Source of the DNA: Cyclobacteriaceae bacterium
Lineage (GTDB): Bacteria; Bacteroidota; Bacteroidia; Cytophagales; Cyclobacteriaceae
Assembly (NCBI GenBank): GCA_041749015.1
Contig: JBGTCD010000155.1
Coordinates: forward strand, 9,068-73,067
DNA: 64,000 nucleotides
Direction: 5' to 3'
How positions within the stretch are numbered: the stretch's first letter is position 1; each line of letters opens with the position of its first letter. The notes beneath the pieces were generated by a model that saw nothing but the letters and a program-made list of their open reading frames with translations, made no database searches and was not told where the DNA came from. This document shows positions 20,548 through 29,774 of the stretch, piece by piece. A program made the translations under genes and the position numbers.

Positions 20548-21279
20548 ATGAAAAAAAATGTGATTAAAGTAATTCAACCAAAGGAGGGAAGATTTAACCA
20601 GCGTAGGCAGTTTTTAAAGTTAAGTGGTTTTGCTCTTGTGGGAACAGGTCTTTTAATGTCTTGTGGTAATGACGATGACGTCCATAATCCGCCTGATGAG
20701 GATGTTTTTGATTTAGGTACCGGGGATTTAGGTGTTCTAAATTATGCTTTTGCATTAGAACAACTAGAGGCAGATTTTTATACAAAGGTGGTCAATGGCA
20801 CCTATTGGTCAGGTGCAAGTTCTACTGAAAAACAGTTGCTTTTGGATTTATATAATCATGAGGTAAACCACCGTGAGTTTTTTAGTGCAGCTATTTCTGC
20901 TGAAATAGGAAGTAATACTTCTGCTAAACGTCCCACGTTGGAATTTGATTTTGGAAGCGTAAATTTTAATGACCGCACCCAAGTGCTTGCCACAGCTAAA
21001 GTATTGGAAGATACGGGTGTCGCTGCCTATAATGGTGCAGGAAGGTTATTATCCAATCCGGACTATTTGGTGATTGCAGGTAAGATAGTTTCTGTGGAAG
21101 CAAGACATGCTTCTGCAATTAGATCTTTAATAAATCCTGATTCTGCAGATTTCTCCGGAGATGACGTTGTTACGGTAAATAACGCTTTAGATGTTGCGTT
21201 AGACCCTTCGCAAGTAATATCTAATTTAGGTGATACCGGTTTTGTTGTAACACCATTTACTGCCAACAGCCTACCTTAA
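20548..21279 (+). CDS. ferritin-like domain protein with Tat signal and lipobox
   Basis: N-terminal RRQFLKLSGFALVGTGLLMSCG. The ferritin-like helices LNYAFALEQLEADFY and VEARHASAIR follow. Confidence 0.72.
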   Translation: MKKNVIKVIQPKEGRFNQRRQFLKLSGFALVGTGLLMSCGNDDDVHNPPDEDVFDLGTGDLGVLNYAFALEQLEADFYTKVVNGTYWSGASSTEKQLLLDLYNHEVNHREFFSAAISAEIGSNTSAKRPTLEFDFGSVNFNDRTQVLATAKVLEDTGVAAYNGAGRLLSNPDYLVIAGKIVSVEARHASAIRSLINPDSADFSGDDVVTVNNALDVALDPSQVISNLGDTGFVVTPFTANSLP

Positions 21280-21308
21280 TCCACTTCCTAATCTTAAAAA
21301 GCATTATT

Positions 21309-22133
21309 ATGAATATTATAAAATTTTTAGACGAGTTTAAAACAGAAAATTTAATGTCGGTAAAAGCATCCCGACGAGAAATATTTGGCACATTTGGTTC
21401 CTTAGGCAAAAGGGCGGCTCTTGCCGCAATACCTTTCGGACTTGTAGCAATGCCAACCAGAACCTATGCACAAACTTCAGGTGATCCTGTTTCTGCATTG
21501 CAACTTGCGCTCACCCTGGAATATTTAGAGGATGAGTTTTATGAACTGGGGTTACAATCCGGTGTTATACCAGGCGGTAGACCTGAGATTGTTTTCCAAC
21601 AAATTTCACAACATGAAGCAGCTCACGTTGAATTTTTAAGAGCCGGTTTACAGGGGGCAGGAGCAACCCCGGTTGAAAAACCAACCTTTGATTTTACTGT
21701 GGGTGGTGCTTTTGACCCATTTAATGATAACGGTGTTGGCCAGGAAACTGCTTATGCACAATTTCTGGCTCTTGCTCAGGCCTTTGAGGACACTGGTGTA
21801 AGGGCATACAAGGGGCAAGCTACTAATCTTATGGGATCGCAATTTTTGACCCCAGCTTTGCAGATACATTCTGTAGAAGCAAGACACGCCTCTGAAGTAA
21901 GAAGAATAAGAGGGCTTAAAGGTTGGATTGTCCGTGATGAAAGAGGAGAAGGAATGCCCGAACCCACTCAAGCAGTGTATGATGGAGAAGATAATGTAAT
22001 TCAGGGAGGTCTAGATGTCACAACCATAGGTAGTGGTTCTCCTTTTACTATTGATGCTTCCACTGAGGCGTATGATGAAATTTTGACAGGAGATGAGGCA
22101 GTTGCGATAGCGAGTTTGTTTATTGTTTCTTAA
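21309..22133 (+). CDS. ferritin-like domain protein (Tat-like signal)
   Basis: N-terminal SRREIFGTFGSLG. LQLALTLEYLEDEFY and VEARHASEVRR make it a paralog of the preceding gene. Confidence 0.72.
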   Translation: MNIIKFLDEFKTENLMSVKASRREIFGTFGSLGKRAALAAIPFGLVAMPTRTYAQTSGDPVSALQLALTLEYLEDEFYELGLQSGVIPGGRPEIVFQQISQHEAAHVEFLRAGLQGAGATPVEKPTFDFTVGGAFDPFNDNGVGQETAYAQFLALAQAFEDTGVRAYKGQATNLMGSQFLTPALQIHSVEARHASEVRRIRGLKGWIVRDERGEGMPEPTQAVYDGEDNVIQGGLDVTTIGSGSPFTIDASTEAYDEILTGDEAVAIASLFIVS

Positions 22134-22158
22134 ATAACCCTTTTTAAACTATTAAAGA

Positions 22159-22185
22159 GCCCCTTGAAATTTCAAGGGGCTTTTA
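22159..22185 (+). terminator. rho-independent terminator
   Basis: gcccctt-gaaatttc-aaggggc hairpin followed by tttta. Confidence 0.7.
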
Positions 22186-22334
22186 TCATAAATTCGAAGT
22201 TAATTTGTTACTGCTTTTGGTACATTAAGTCCAAGATTTCTGTAAATTAGACTCATTAGAATTAGCTATCAGAAAGTCTTATGTTAATGATTTTGCTAAC
22301 TAACAAATACCTTTTCAAGCCCATTTTATTGCCT

Positions 22335-23027
22335 TCAATCTGATCTCGGTGATTCGCAAAATTTAAACCCTACACTATGAATGTTTATTATCTTTACCGA
22401 TTCCTCATCTGTAAATATTTTCCTCAATCGTGAGATAAAAACATCCAGGCTTCTACCAATGAAATAGTCGTCTTCCCCCCAAAGCGATAGCAAAATTTGC
22501 TCGCGTTTTATTACCTTATTCTTGTTGTCAATGAAAAATTTGAGCAGTTGGGCTTCCTTTTGAGTTAGTTTTATGGGTTGATTGACTCCCTGGGTTAAGA
22601 TAAAATTTTGAGGGTCGAAATCGAATTTTCCGATTTTGTAAATGGCTGTATCACTAAATTCTTTTTTTGATCGGTCAAGGAAAATTTTCATTTTGAGGAT
22701 TAGTTCCTCTATGCTGAAAGGCTTCAGGATATAATCATCACCACCGATTTTCAATCCCTTGATCCGGTCTTCTTTCAAAATTTTTGCTGATAAAAACAGG
22801 ATGGGGATTTCGTGATTGATTGCCCTAATGGCTTCTGCCAAGGCAAAACCATCCATATTAGGAAGCATAATATCCAGCACACAAATGTCAAAAGACGATT
22901 CCTGAAATTTTTTCAAAGCCTCTTTCCCATCTTTTAGATGTTCAACCAAAAAGCCTGACTCAGTCAAATAGTCTGTGGTAAGGTAGGCTAGAGATTCATC
23001 GTCTTCTACATATAGCACCCTTTTCAT
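22335..23027 (-). CDS. OmpR-family response regulator
   Basis: Receiver domain (DDESLA..DIMLPNMDG..K) plus a C-terminal winged-helix domain. It overlaps the upstream kinase gene by 4 nt. Confidence 0.9.
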   Translation of the reverse strand: MKRVLYVEDDESLAYLTTDYLTESGFLVEHLKDGKEALKKFQESSFDICVLDIMLPNMDGFALAEAIRAINHEIPILFLSAKILKEDRIKGLKIGGDDYILKPFSIEELILKMKIFLDRSKKEFSDTAIYKIGKFDFDPQNFILTQGVNQPIKLTQKEAQLLKFFIDNKNKVIKREQILLSLWGEDDYFIGRSLDVFISRLRKIFTDEESVKIINIHSVGFKFCESPRSD

Positions 23028-24283
23028 GATCTTACTTTTTTTGGAATCATAATGCTAAATATTGATCCGCCCTCCGGATTACTTTGAAGAGACAACTTCC
23101 ATCGGTGTTGCTGGCAAATTTTCTTTACATAAAACAAACCTAGTCCAAATCCATGAACATGGGTATCTGATGGCACTCTGTAAAATTTATTAAAAATCAA
23201 TTTTTGATCTTTAGGAGGTATCCCTACTCCATTATCAGAAAAGTCTAGCTTATAATGATCTTCGTGGTTACCAAGCCCGATATTTATTACAGGCTTTTTT
23301 GCTGCATATTTTATGGCGTTATCTAATAGGTTATACACCAAATTTCCAAAATGGACCTTATCAGCATAAATTAACGCATCAGAGCTATTTTCGATATTGA
23401 TAATTACTTCTGGATTTTTGGTCTTTACCTCTTCTATGATGCTTTTTAAGAATGCCACAACGTTGAACTGGGTCTTTTCCAACTTTATCAGGTTTGATTC
23501 GGACTTTGCCAAATTCAGAATCTTTTCAATATGGGAATTGAGCCGGTTGCCCTGGGTGATAATAGTCTTGGTATATTTTGCTAACCGGTCGTCAGAACGG
23601 ATAGAATTTTGCTTTTCCAGGTAATTTGAAGCAATCAAAATTGAAGATAATGGGGTTTTGAATTCATGAGTCATGTTGTTGATAAAGTCTTTTTGTAACT
23701 CTGAAAAACGCTTTTGCTGGAGTATGATAAAAATCGAATAGACGTAAATTATCAGCACCACAAATAATGCTATGGCGAGAATAATCCAAAACTTAAGGTG
23801 TGAGAAAAAATAGTTAGTTCTATCGGGGAATCGGACTGCGAAATAATAAACCAAATTTTCAAATTTTGGAAAATAGGAGGCTGATGCTTGATCGGATTTG
23901 TTATCGTGTTTGATGTAATTCCCAAATACCATTTGATCCGTCATGCAATCGTAAATAGCATATTCGAAATCAGTGACTACATTAAACTTTTCAAATTCAT
24001 TTTTTAGGTAGACATCCAGGATTTCGGCATTGAATTCATTGTTAATATTGACCACATAATAGTCTTTCGATATTTTCTGTATGGGATTGGCTAATGGTAA
24101 TTGCGCATGCTGGTCGGCATATAATTTCTTTACCACTTCCAGAAGGGCGATATGCACCTTTTCGCTAAATTTTTTTTCTTCATAATCAAACGCCTCCTTA
24201 AGCCAATGCAATTGTATTACCACAATCCCAATAATGGCAATGAGACCTAAGAGCACCACGAGCTTTATATGATAACTATTCAC
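23024..24283 (-). CDS. sensor histidine kinase
   Basis: Two TM segments, H-box HEFKTPLSSI, N-box LLDNAIKY and G-box GFGLGL. Confidence 0.9.
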   Translation of the reverse strand: MNSYHIKLVVLLGLIAIIGIVVIQLHWLKEAFDYEEKKFSEKVHIALLEVVKKLYADQHAQLPLANPIQKISKDYYVVNINNEFNAEILDVYLKNEFEKFNVVTDFEYAIYDCMTDQMVFGNYIKHDNKSDQASASYFPKFENLVYYFAVRFPDRTNYFFSHLKFWIILAIALFVVLIIYVYSIFIILQQKRFSELQKDFINNMTHEFKTPLSSILIASNYLEKQNSIRSDDRLAKYTKTIITQGNRLNSHIEKILNLAKSESNLIKLEKTQFNVVAFLKSIIEEVKTKNPEVIINIENSSDALIYADKVHFGNLVYNLLDNAIKYAAKKPVINIGLGNHEDHYKLDFSDNGVGIPPKDQKLIFNKFYRVPSDTHVHGFGLGLFYVKKICQQHRWKLSLQSNPEGGSIFSIMIPKKVRS

Positions 24284-24440
24284 GCTACAATAATAAGGAT
24301 GAATGGGGTAAGAGCCAGGACATTAACATTTCATTAACAAATGTTAGGAGTTCATTAACAAGGGCCTACAGCATTGACAATTACATTTGTCCTGATCCTT
24401 ATCAAAGGAATTTATAACCAACAAATTAAAACTAAAAAAA

Positions 24441-24857
24441 ATGAAAAAATTTAAAATCATCCCATTCTTTATTTTAGCCCTATTGATCGGTCAGGTTTAT
24501 GCTCATAGTATGAGGGTAGGCGCCATTTCGATAAGTGAAAAATTGATTTACGCTGCCTCGATTGCATGGAAAAGTGAAAGCCATGACTTTGGAGAAATAA
24601 CGAAGAACGAACCGGTAACTGCTACATTTGATTTTATCAATACTGGCAATTCTACCCTGATTATTTCTGATGTTAAAGCATCATGCGGATGCACTGTCAC
24701 CGACTACCCCAAGCATGGTATCCAACCTGGTGGGACAGCCAAAATAACCGCAACCTATAATTCAAAAAAAGAAGGGGCTTTTGTCAAGCACATTAAAGTA
24801 TTTTCCAATTCCCCGGAAGGCTCACATACCTTAGTAATTAAAGGAACCGTTATTTAA
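24441..24857 (+). CDS. DUF1573 domain protein (secreted)
   Basis: Signal peptide, then the HDFGEI...SCGCT pattern typical of DUF1573. Confidence 0.72.
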   Translation: MKKFKIIPFFILALLIGQVYAHSMRVGAISISEKLIYAASIAWKSESHDFGEITKNEPVTATFDFINTGNSTLIISDVKASCGCTVTDYPKHGIQPGGTAKITATYNSKKEGAFVKHIKVFSNSPEGSHTLVIKGTVI

Positions 24858-24865
24858 ATTCCTTG

Positions 24866-24899
24866 AACCGGAAGTTGAGAACTTCCGGTTCTTTTTTTT
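24866..24899 (+). terminator. rho-independent terminator
   Basis: aaccggaagtt-gag-aacttccggtt hairpin followed by a run of T. Confidence 0.8.
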
Positions 24900-25057
24900 G
24901 GAATCAAAAAATCAGTAGATGCCTAAAGTGTATATCAGTCGTAATTTAGGAACATAAAACATAACAATTTAATAACATAAAGCATATTGCAATAGAAATT
25001 AAATATTTTAATTTGACTGACTACATTTCACTTTCATCCACCTAAATGACTGCATCC

Positions 25058-25519
25058 ATGAAAAAGCTTTTTGTTTTTGCCTGCATTTTAGTTTTAAGTT
25101 TCGTTTCCTGTTCAAAAGATGATGATGGCCCCTCAGCAATAAAGGGGATCGTACAGTTTAAGGCTTATACATTGCCTGGTGGCATCGAATACGCTATTTA
25201 TGAGAATAATCAAATCAAATTCACCGTGCAACTCCAGTTGTCAGGATCAAGACAAAACGTCGATATTGACATAGATTATCATCTACTTGATGGGTCCACA
25301 AAAATTGGTGAAGGAAAGGTAAAAGTTAATGATAATCTGGATGGTGGTTTGGGGATATTCTGGGGAGCCGATGAGCATGCAGCCACGGTCAATGGCACTG
25401 CGCTTTCAGGAAAGACCATTACCGTATTCATTGATCCCTCTCATAAACACACCTCTGATGATCTTACCTCGGAAATACATGTAAATCTTTACAAAAAGGC
25501 TACAGTCACGATTCCCTAA
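25058..25519 (+). CDS. hypothetical lipoprotein
   Basis: MKKLFVFACILVLSFVSC lipobox. No recognisable domain. Confidence 0.5.
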   Translation: MKKLFVFACILVLSFVSCSKDDDGPSAIKGIVQFKAYTLPGGIEYAIYENNQIKFTVQLQLSGSRQNVDIDIDYHLLDGSTKIGEGKVKVNDNLDGGLGIFWGADEHAATVNGTALSGKTITVFIDPSHKHTSDDLTSEIHVNLYKKATVTIP

Positions 25520-25573
25520 TTCAACTTTTAATCCCCTTTTGCAACAACGTACTTTACTGCTAAATTTAAAATC

Positions 25574-26668
25574 ATGAAGAGGACCCTACTTTTTATTGTT
25601 AGTTTTCTTTTGTTTTTTTCAAGCAATATGGCCCAACTAGCATTAAAAATGGGGCCGGTCAAATATGAAAAAATTCTATTTTCATACCCTAATCCACCTT
25701 TAGAGAAGTTGAGCAATGAAATAAAGACCTATCAGGTAATTATCAACCCAGGGGGAGTTGATTTTCAGTTCATTCGTTACGTCCAGCCATTTGCATGGAC
25801 ATCGGCATCGATTGGTGCTTCAGGTTCAAGTAATTATGGCAGTGTTGAGTTAGCTCAAAACGAGTTTATAAACCTTCCTGGCTTTATTAAAGTTGACGAG
25901 AATCCTGATTTTATTGTGGAGATTAATCTAAGAGAAATGGTGATAACCAAAAAGAATATGATAGTGAGTAATGCAGGATGTTATTACTATATTTTGAGCT
26001 ATAATTACGGTGCTGAAATGAAGGTTTACGATAAGGATGGGGCGATTATGCTTGAAAAGGTTTATAAAGATTATAGCAAGACCTATTCTGCAGGTTTTGG
26101 CGGTAGGGGAGAAACGGAGATACCTATATTTAGAGAAAAAAACGATATGACTTTTTGTTACAAGACTCTGCAAGAGTTGGAATATAGGTTTTCAGAAAAT
26201 TATCATCATTTCCCAATAAGTCTCACTAGAAAATATCTTTTTAGTGCAGAAGCTTTATTGCAAAGTATGTACACTTTCAATACGATCAATAATGAATTTC
26301 TATTTGCCTATAGCAAAACCACAAAAAAGGCAAACTATGACGCCACCAATGAGGCCCTCGAATATGTTCAGAAAGGTGTCTCCTTATTAAATAGTGGGGG
26401 AGATCTGAACAGTTATCAATCTGATTTCAATAAGGCGATCGCATTATGGGAGAGCCAGCTTAAGGAAATTGATTATGCTGACAAGACGGCAATTAAATTG
26501 GCTCCAATGCTTTACGTCAATATTGCAACAATTTCAATTTTTTTAGAGTATTGGGACAAAGTAACTGAATCCTTAAAAACTGCTAGCGAATTGGATCCAT
26601 CATATAATATTGAGTACTGGGTAGCATTTAGTGAAGAAAGAAAGCATCGGTTGTCACTGCATAAATAG
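25574..26668 (+). CDS. hypothetical secreted protein with helical (TPR-like) C-terminus
   Basis: 364-aa ORF with a signal peptide. No catalytic motif recognised. Confidence 0.5.
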   Translation: MKRTLLFIVSFLLFFSSNMAQLALKMGPVKYEKILFSYPNPPLEKLSNEIKTYQVIINPGGVDFQFIRYVQPFAWTSASIGASGSSNYGSVELAQNEFINLPGFIKVDENPDFIVEINLREMVITKKNMIVSNAGCYYYILSYNYGAEMKVYDKDGAIMLEKVYKDYSKTYSAGFGGRGETEIPIFREKNDMTFCYKTLQELEYRFSENYHHFPISLTRKYLFSAEALLQSMYTFNTINNEFLFAYSKTTKKANYDATNEALEYVQKGVSLLNSGGDLNSYQSDFNKAIALWESQLKEIDYADKTAIKLAPMLYVNIATISIFLEYWDKVTESLKTASELDPSYNIEYWVAFSEERKHRLSLHK

Positions 26669-26673
26669 TAATG

Positions 26674-26746
26674 CTGCGTGACGCTACGACCAGGGAGAGT
26701 AGCGCCGGGGACTTTTATGATTGGAAAGGATTGATTAAATTGGGTA
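26674..26746. repeat. composite repeat: family H half-site plus family G copy
   Basis: ctgcgtgacgctacgaccaggg is followed by agagtagcgccggggacttttatgattggaaaggattgattaaattg. Confidence 0.6.
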
Positions 26747-26816
26747 GTGTTTTTTAGGAATAGAACCTGCACAAATGGAGGCTTGTGTCTAAAAGCGGTA
26801 AATTAATTAAAGCAAG

Positions 26817-26831
26817 AAATCGTTAACTTTA
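26817..26831 (+). promoter_or_regulatory. 15-nt motif aaatcgttaacttta (second copy)
   Basis: Identical to 15988-16002. It sits immediately upstream of the second ParD-like gene. Confidence 0.3.
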
Positions 26832-26833
26832 CA

Positions 26834-27064
26834 ATGGAGAAAAACAAGATGAAAGCAGAATCAATTAAACTAGGCCTTATTGAGCGGTTGATGAGGGTGC
26901 AAAATACATCTACTTTGCAGCGTATGGATCAATTAATTACCCAAGCAGAAATGGAAGCCCGAGCTGAGGAGTCGCTTATGTCCATAAGCAAGGGGGAGGT
27001 TTTGTCTTTAGATGAGTTTAAACAAGAAAACCGTAAATGGGTGGAGGAGAAATATATAAAATAG
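26834..27064 (+). CDS. type II antitoxin (ParD/Phd-like)
   Basis: 76-aa ORF. The second ATG at 26849 would give the same motif-to-start spacing as the paralog at 16023. It overlaps the toxin ORF. Confidence 0.6.
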   Translation: MEKNKMKAESIKLGLIERLMRVQNTSTLQRMDQLITQAEMEARAEESLMSISKGEVLSLDEFKQENRKWVEEKYIK

Positions 27065-27378
27065 TTACTACAAGGCCTGCCATGGTTCGCTATCAGGAGC
27101 GTGTTTTACCCTATCTCTACGATAACTTTAGTTTTGACCGAGCTACTGAAATCCACGAAAATATCATAAAAACAGCAGGTACACTGTCTAGTAAACCTGC
27201 CAGGGGAAGCCGGGAAAAATATCTTTTTTCTTACAAGGAAGACTTCAGGTTTATCCTGTTTAAGGAAACCAGAAATTTTGAATTAAAGATAATATACTAT
27301 ATCAAAGAAGAAAAATCAACCGTCTACATAACAGATTTCTTCCCAACTAAAATGAATCCACAACGGTTGATTAAATGA
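27037..27378 (+). CDS. type II toxin, RelE/ParE superfamily
   Basis: 113 aa with ParE-like architecture (YKIVTTRPA...FRFILFKETRNFELKIIYYIKEEKSTVYITDFF). Confidence 0.65.
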   Translation: MGGGEIYKIVTTRPAMVRYQERVLPYLYDNFSFDRATEIHENIIKTAGTLSSKPARGSREKYLFSYKEDFRFILFKETRNFELKIIYYIKEEKSTVYITDFFPTKMNPQRLIK

Positions 27379-27413
27379 AGGATTAGGGCAATTAAATAAA
27401 TGCTAGTATGTAT

Positions 27414-27449
27414 CACCCTCGCGCGCTTGAGCAAATCGTGGGATTATTG
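27414..27449 (+). repeat. Rhs-cassette junction element, copy J1 (partial)
   Basis: caccctcgcgcgcttgagcaaatcgtgggattattg is related to 29775-29845 and 34917-34991. Confidence 0.5.
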
Positions 27450-27504
27450 TTAAGCAGGCACAGCGGTCCTACGACTTAAATGTTGGACATCACTTTTGTT
27501 AATT

Positions 27505-27535
27505 GGGTCGTAGCGAGACGCTACGACCAGGGGGG
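27505..27535. repeat. hairpin repeat, family H
   Basis: ggtcgtagcg-aga-cgctacgacc forms a perfect 10-bp stem, followed by agg. Confidence 0.65.
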
Positions 27536-27636
27536 TTTAGGTTTTATTATGACAAACTTGGATATATTTACATTTTCCTAAGCAGTTTACCTGCCGGAGC
27601 ACAGCAAAGGCAGGTGAAAATGACACCCCTGTAGAA

Positions 27637-28779
27637 GTGTATTTTGACGACTTCCATATCACCCACACCCCTGGCCCTGTGGTACAGCAGACCGATTACT
27701 ATCCCTTTGGTATGCAGCATAGCAGCAGTTGGACAAGGCTTACCACCCTGAAGAACAACTTCCTGTACAATGCAGGCAGTGAGCTGAACGAGGAGACGAA
27801 GAATTATGAGACCTTCTACAGGAATTATGACCCTGCGCTGGGGAGGTTTACGGCTATAGACCCATTGGCGAGCCGCTTTAGCAACCAGACGCCCTACCAG
27901 TTTGCCAACAACGACCCTGTATATTACAACGACCCCAACGGGGACTATGGCAGGGGCCGTTCTGTGCAGGATGAGATTTATATGAGGAACTATGGAATGT
28001 TTCACTATGAGAGTACCATGCACTATGATGGTTTTGGCGGTGGCCAGTTTGGCGGGGGTGGAGATGGGTTTGCTGCCAGCATGGGGGCGTATGGACCAAG
28101 TCACTATGATTCAGATTATTACGCAATGAAAAAGGCAATTAGGGCTGCAGGGGGAGTAATATTTTTACACGTTTTGTTTAATGATAAAAATAAGGAAAAT
28201 ATTGAAAATATAATTGAGGGAGTAGCATTCGCCAGGGGTCTATTAGAGAGTGAGGATATAAATGTCAATTTATTTATACATATCAAATTCGGCAAGGAGG
28301 GAGAAGGACCTCTTAGCAAAAAGGGGTTTGCTAATGATAAAATGATTAAAGGAGAAAATGATAAGTATGTTGTATTGGGTAGTGTTAAACAATTAAGGGA
28401 ATTGGACGATGATGAAAATAATGGGTGGGCAAGGCATGGCGGTTCAAGATCGTATAATTGGTGGGGAACAAGTGGAACATCGAATAATGACGATCCTATT
28501 TCATATCTGGTGTCTAATAATATATTTAGGTTAGGTGATAACTTGGAAAACCCGAGTTCTAGTGAGAAAGTAAGATATAATAATTCTATTTCAGAAAAAT
28601 TTGGAATAGTTCTCTTGCATGAACCGGGTCACCAATGGTTTAAAGACCACTCACAAAACGACCGGAATGGTCATATTCCAAATACTATAATGCAAGAACA
28701 GCCATCAAGTAATACAACACCACTATTCGATCAAGAAATGTTAAATATATTATGGGAAATATACGGCAAGAAACGTTAG
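27637..28779 (+). CDS. orphan Rhs-core C-terminal fragment fused to HExxH-containing toxin-like domain (5'-truncated)
   Basis: Starts mid-Rhs core: VYFDDF..QQTDYYPFGMQH..TTLKNNFLYNAGSELNE..YDPALGRFTAIDP..NDPVYYNDPNGDY. A unique ~275-aa tail with LLHEPGHQW follows. The frame is open only from 27553 and has no ATG start. Confidence 0.8.
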   Translation: MYFDDFHITHTPGPVVQQTDYYPFGMQHSSSWTRLTTLKNNFLYNAGSELNEETKNYETFYRNYDPALGRFTAIDPLASRFSNQTPYQFANNDPVYYNDPNGDYGRGRSVQDEIYMRNYGMFHYESTMHYDGFGGGQFGGGGDGFAASMGAYGPSHYDSDYYAMKKAIRAAGGVIFLHVLFNDKNKENIENIIEGVAFARGLLESEDINVNLFIHIKFGKEGEGPLSKKGFANDKMIKGENDKYVVLGSVKQLRELDDDENNGWARHGGSRSYNWWGTSGTSNNDDPISYLVSNNIFRLGDNLENPSSSEKVRYNNSISEKFGIVLLHEPGHQWFKDHSQNDRNGHIPNTIMQEQPSSNTTPLFDQEMLNILWEIYGKKR

Positions 28780-29681
28780 TATTAATAATTGCAGTCTTAA
28801 CTATTTGGTTGGGGACTTTTAGTTGTAATATTTACACTAAAAAATTTTCAAAAACTTATGAGGCAGATTCAATAGAAGTAAAAACTAAAATTATCGACCA
28901 TTTCAAAAATAATTTTTCCATTTACTATGCTGAGGAAGAGCAATGTGTTATTGAAACATTTTTATCACGACATTTATATGATTTTGGGTTTGAGTATGAC
29001 ACCATTATCGGGGGTTTTAGCATTAAGCATTTTCGTACACTAGTTGAAGGTTATTCATTTTGTTTGGTTTGGGATCAAGAGGAATATATTGTAATTGGAA
29101 AATATTTTTCGGATTCCATTCCCGGTACTAATGGAAATCTGTGGAATTACTTTGGAATGAATGGGTATGAAATTGATTTAAATGAAAATCCAGGTCCAGT
29201 TACATTAAATGATTTAAATTTTCTACTCAAAAGCGTCAATAAAAAATCTAAAAAAACAGATAATAGATTTTTATTTGAAAATTTAACCTTATTCATAAAC
29301 AGTGAATTATTCAGTCCTGCAGAGGATGGAAAATTAGGAACTAATTTTGTTAAACTTAACTTAAATGATGAATCACTTAAAACCGTTCTTGAGACTACAT
29401 TCGACCAGGTGAGCCTGGATTTTGTCAAAGAGATCAATTTTAAATATAGTATTTTCGCTTACGGGGGTTTTGGATTTACACCCGGAACCACTTTCACCTC
29501 TTTAGATACTATAAATTTTTATGATAAACACGAAGTCCCACTTGAGGAACTTATTATAGGTTTGATATTTTATGAATATAGCCCCGAAATAAAGTTCACC
29601 TATATTCCTTTACATAAGGAAACTATTATACCAATAGGTCATGGATCCGTGTATAAAAGGGGATATCCTGAATGTTATTAG
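28752..29681 (+). CDS. putative immunity protein for cassette 1
   Basis: 309-aa ORF, visibly A+T-rich, overlapping the toxin 3' end by 28 nt. It has an N-terminal hydrophobic segment and no recognisable domain. Confidence 0.5.
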   Translation: MGNIRQETLVLIIAVLTIWLGTFSCNIYTKKFSKTYEADSIEVKTKIIDHFKNNFSIYYAEEEQCVIETFLSRHLYDFGFEYDTIIGGFSIKHFRTLVEGYSFCLVWDQEEYIVIGKYFSDSIPGTNGNLWNYFGMNGYEIDLNENPGPVTLNDLNFLLKSVNKKSKKTDNRFLFENLTLFINSELFSPAEDGKLGTNFVKLNLNDESLKTVLETTFDQVSLDFVKEINFKYSIFAYGGFGFTPGTTFTSLDTINFYDKHEVPLEELIIGLIFYEYSPEIKFTYIPLHKETIIPIGHGSVYKRGYPECY

Positions 29682-29774
29682 CGTTTAATTGTTTAGTTAT
29701 TGTTTTTACAATTCACCCTATTTCTCCAAATTCTCTCAAATATATTATGCTGGCACAGCCATCAAGTAATACAA

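Noticed and set aside
27568-28138. Minus-strand ORFs of 178 aa and 86 aa over the start of Rhs cassette 1.
   Set aside because: They are antisense to the conserved Rhs core block and have a Pro/His/Arg-rich, low-information sequence. The plus-strand frame carries the clear Rhs motifs.
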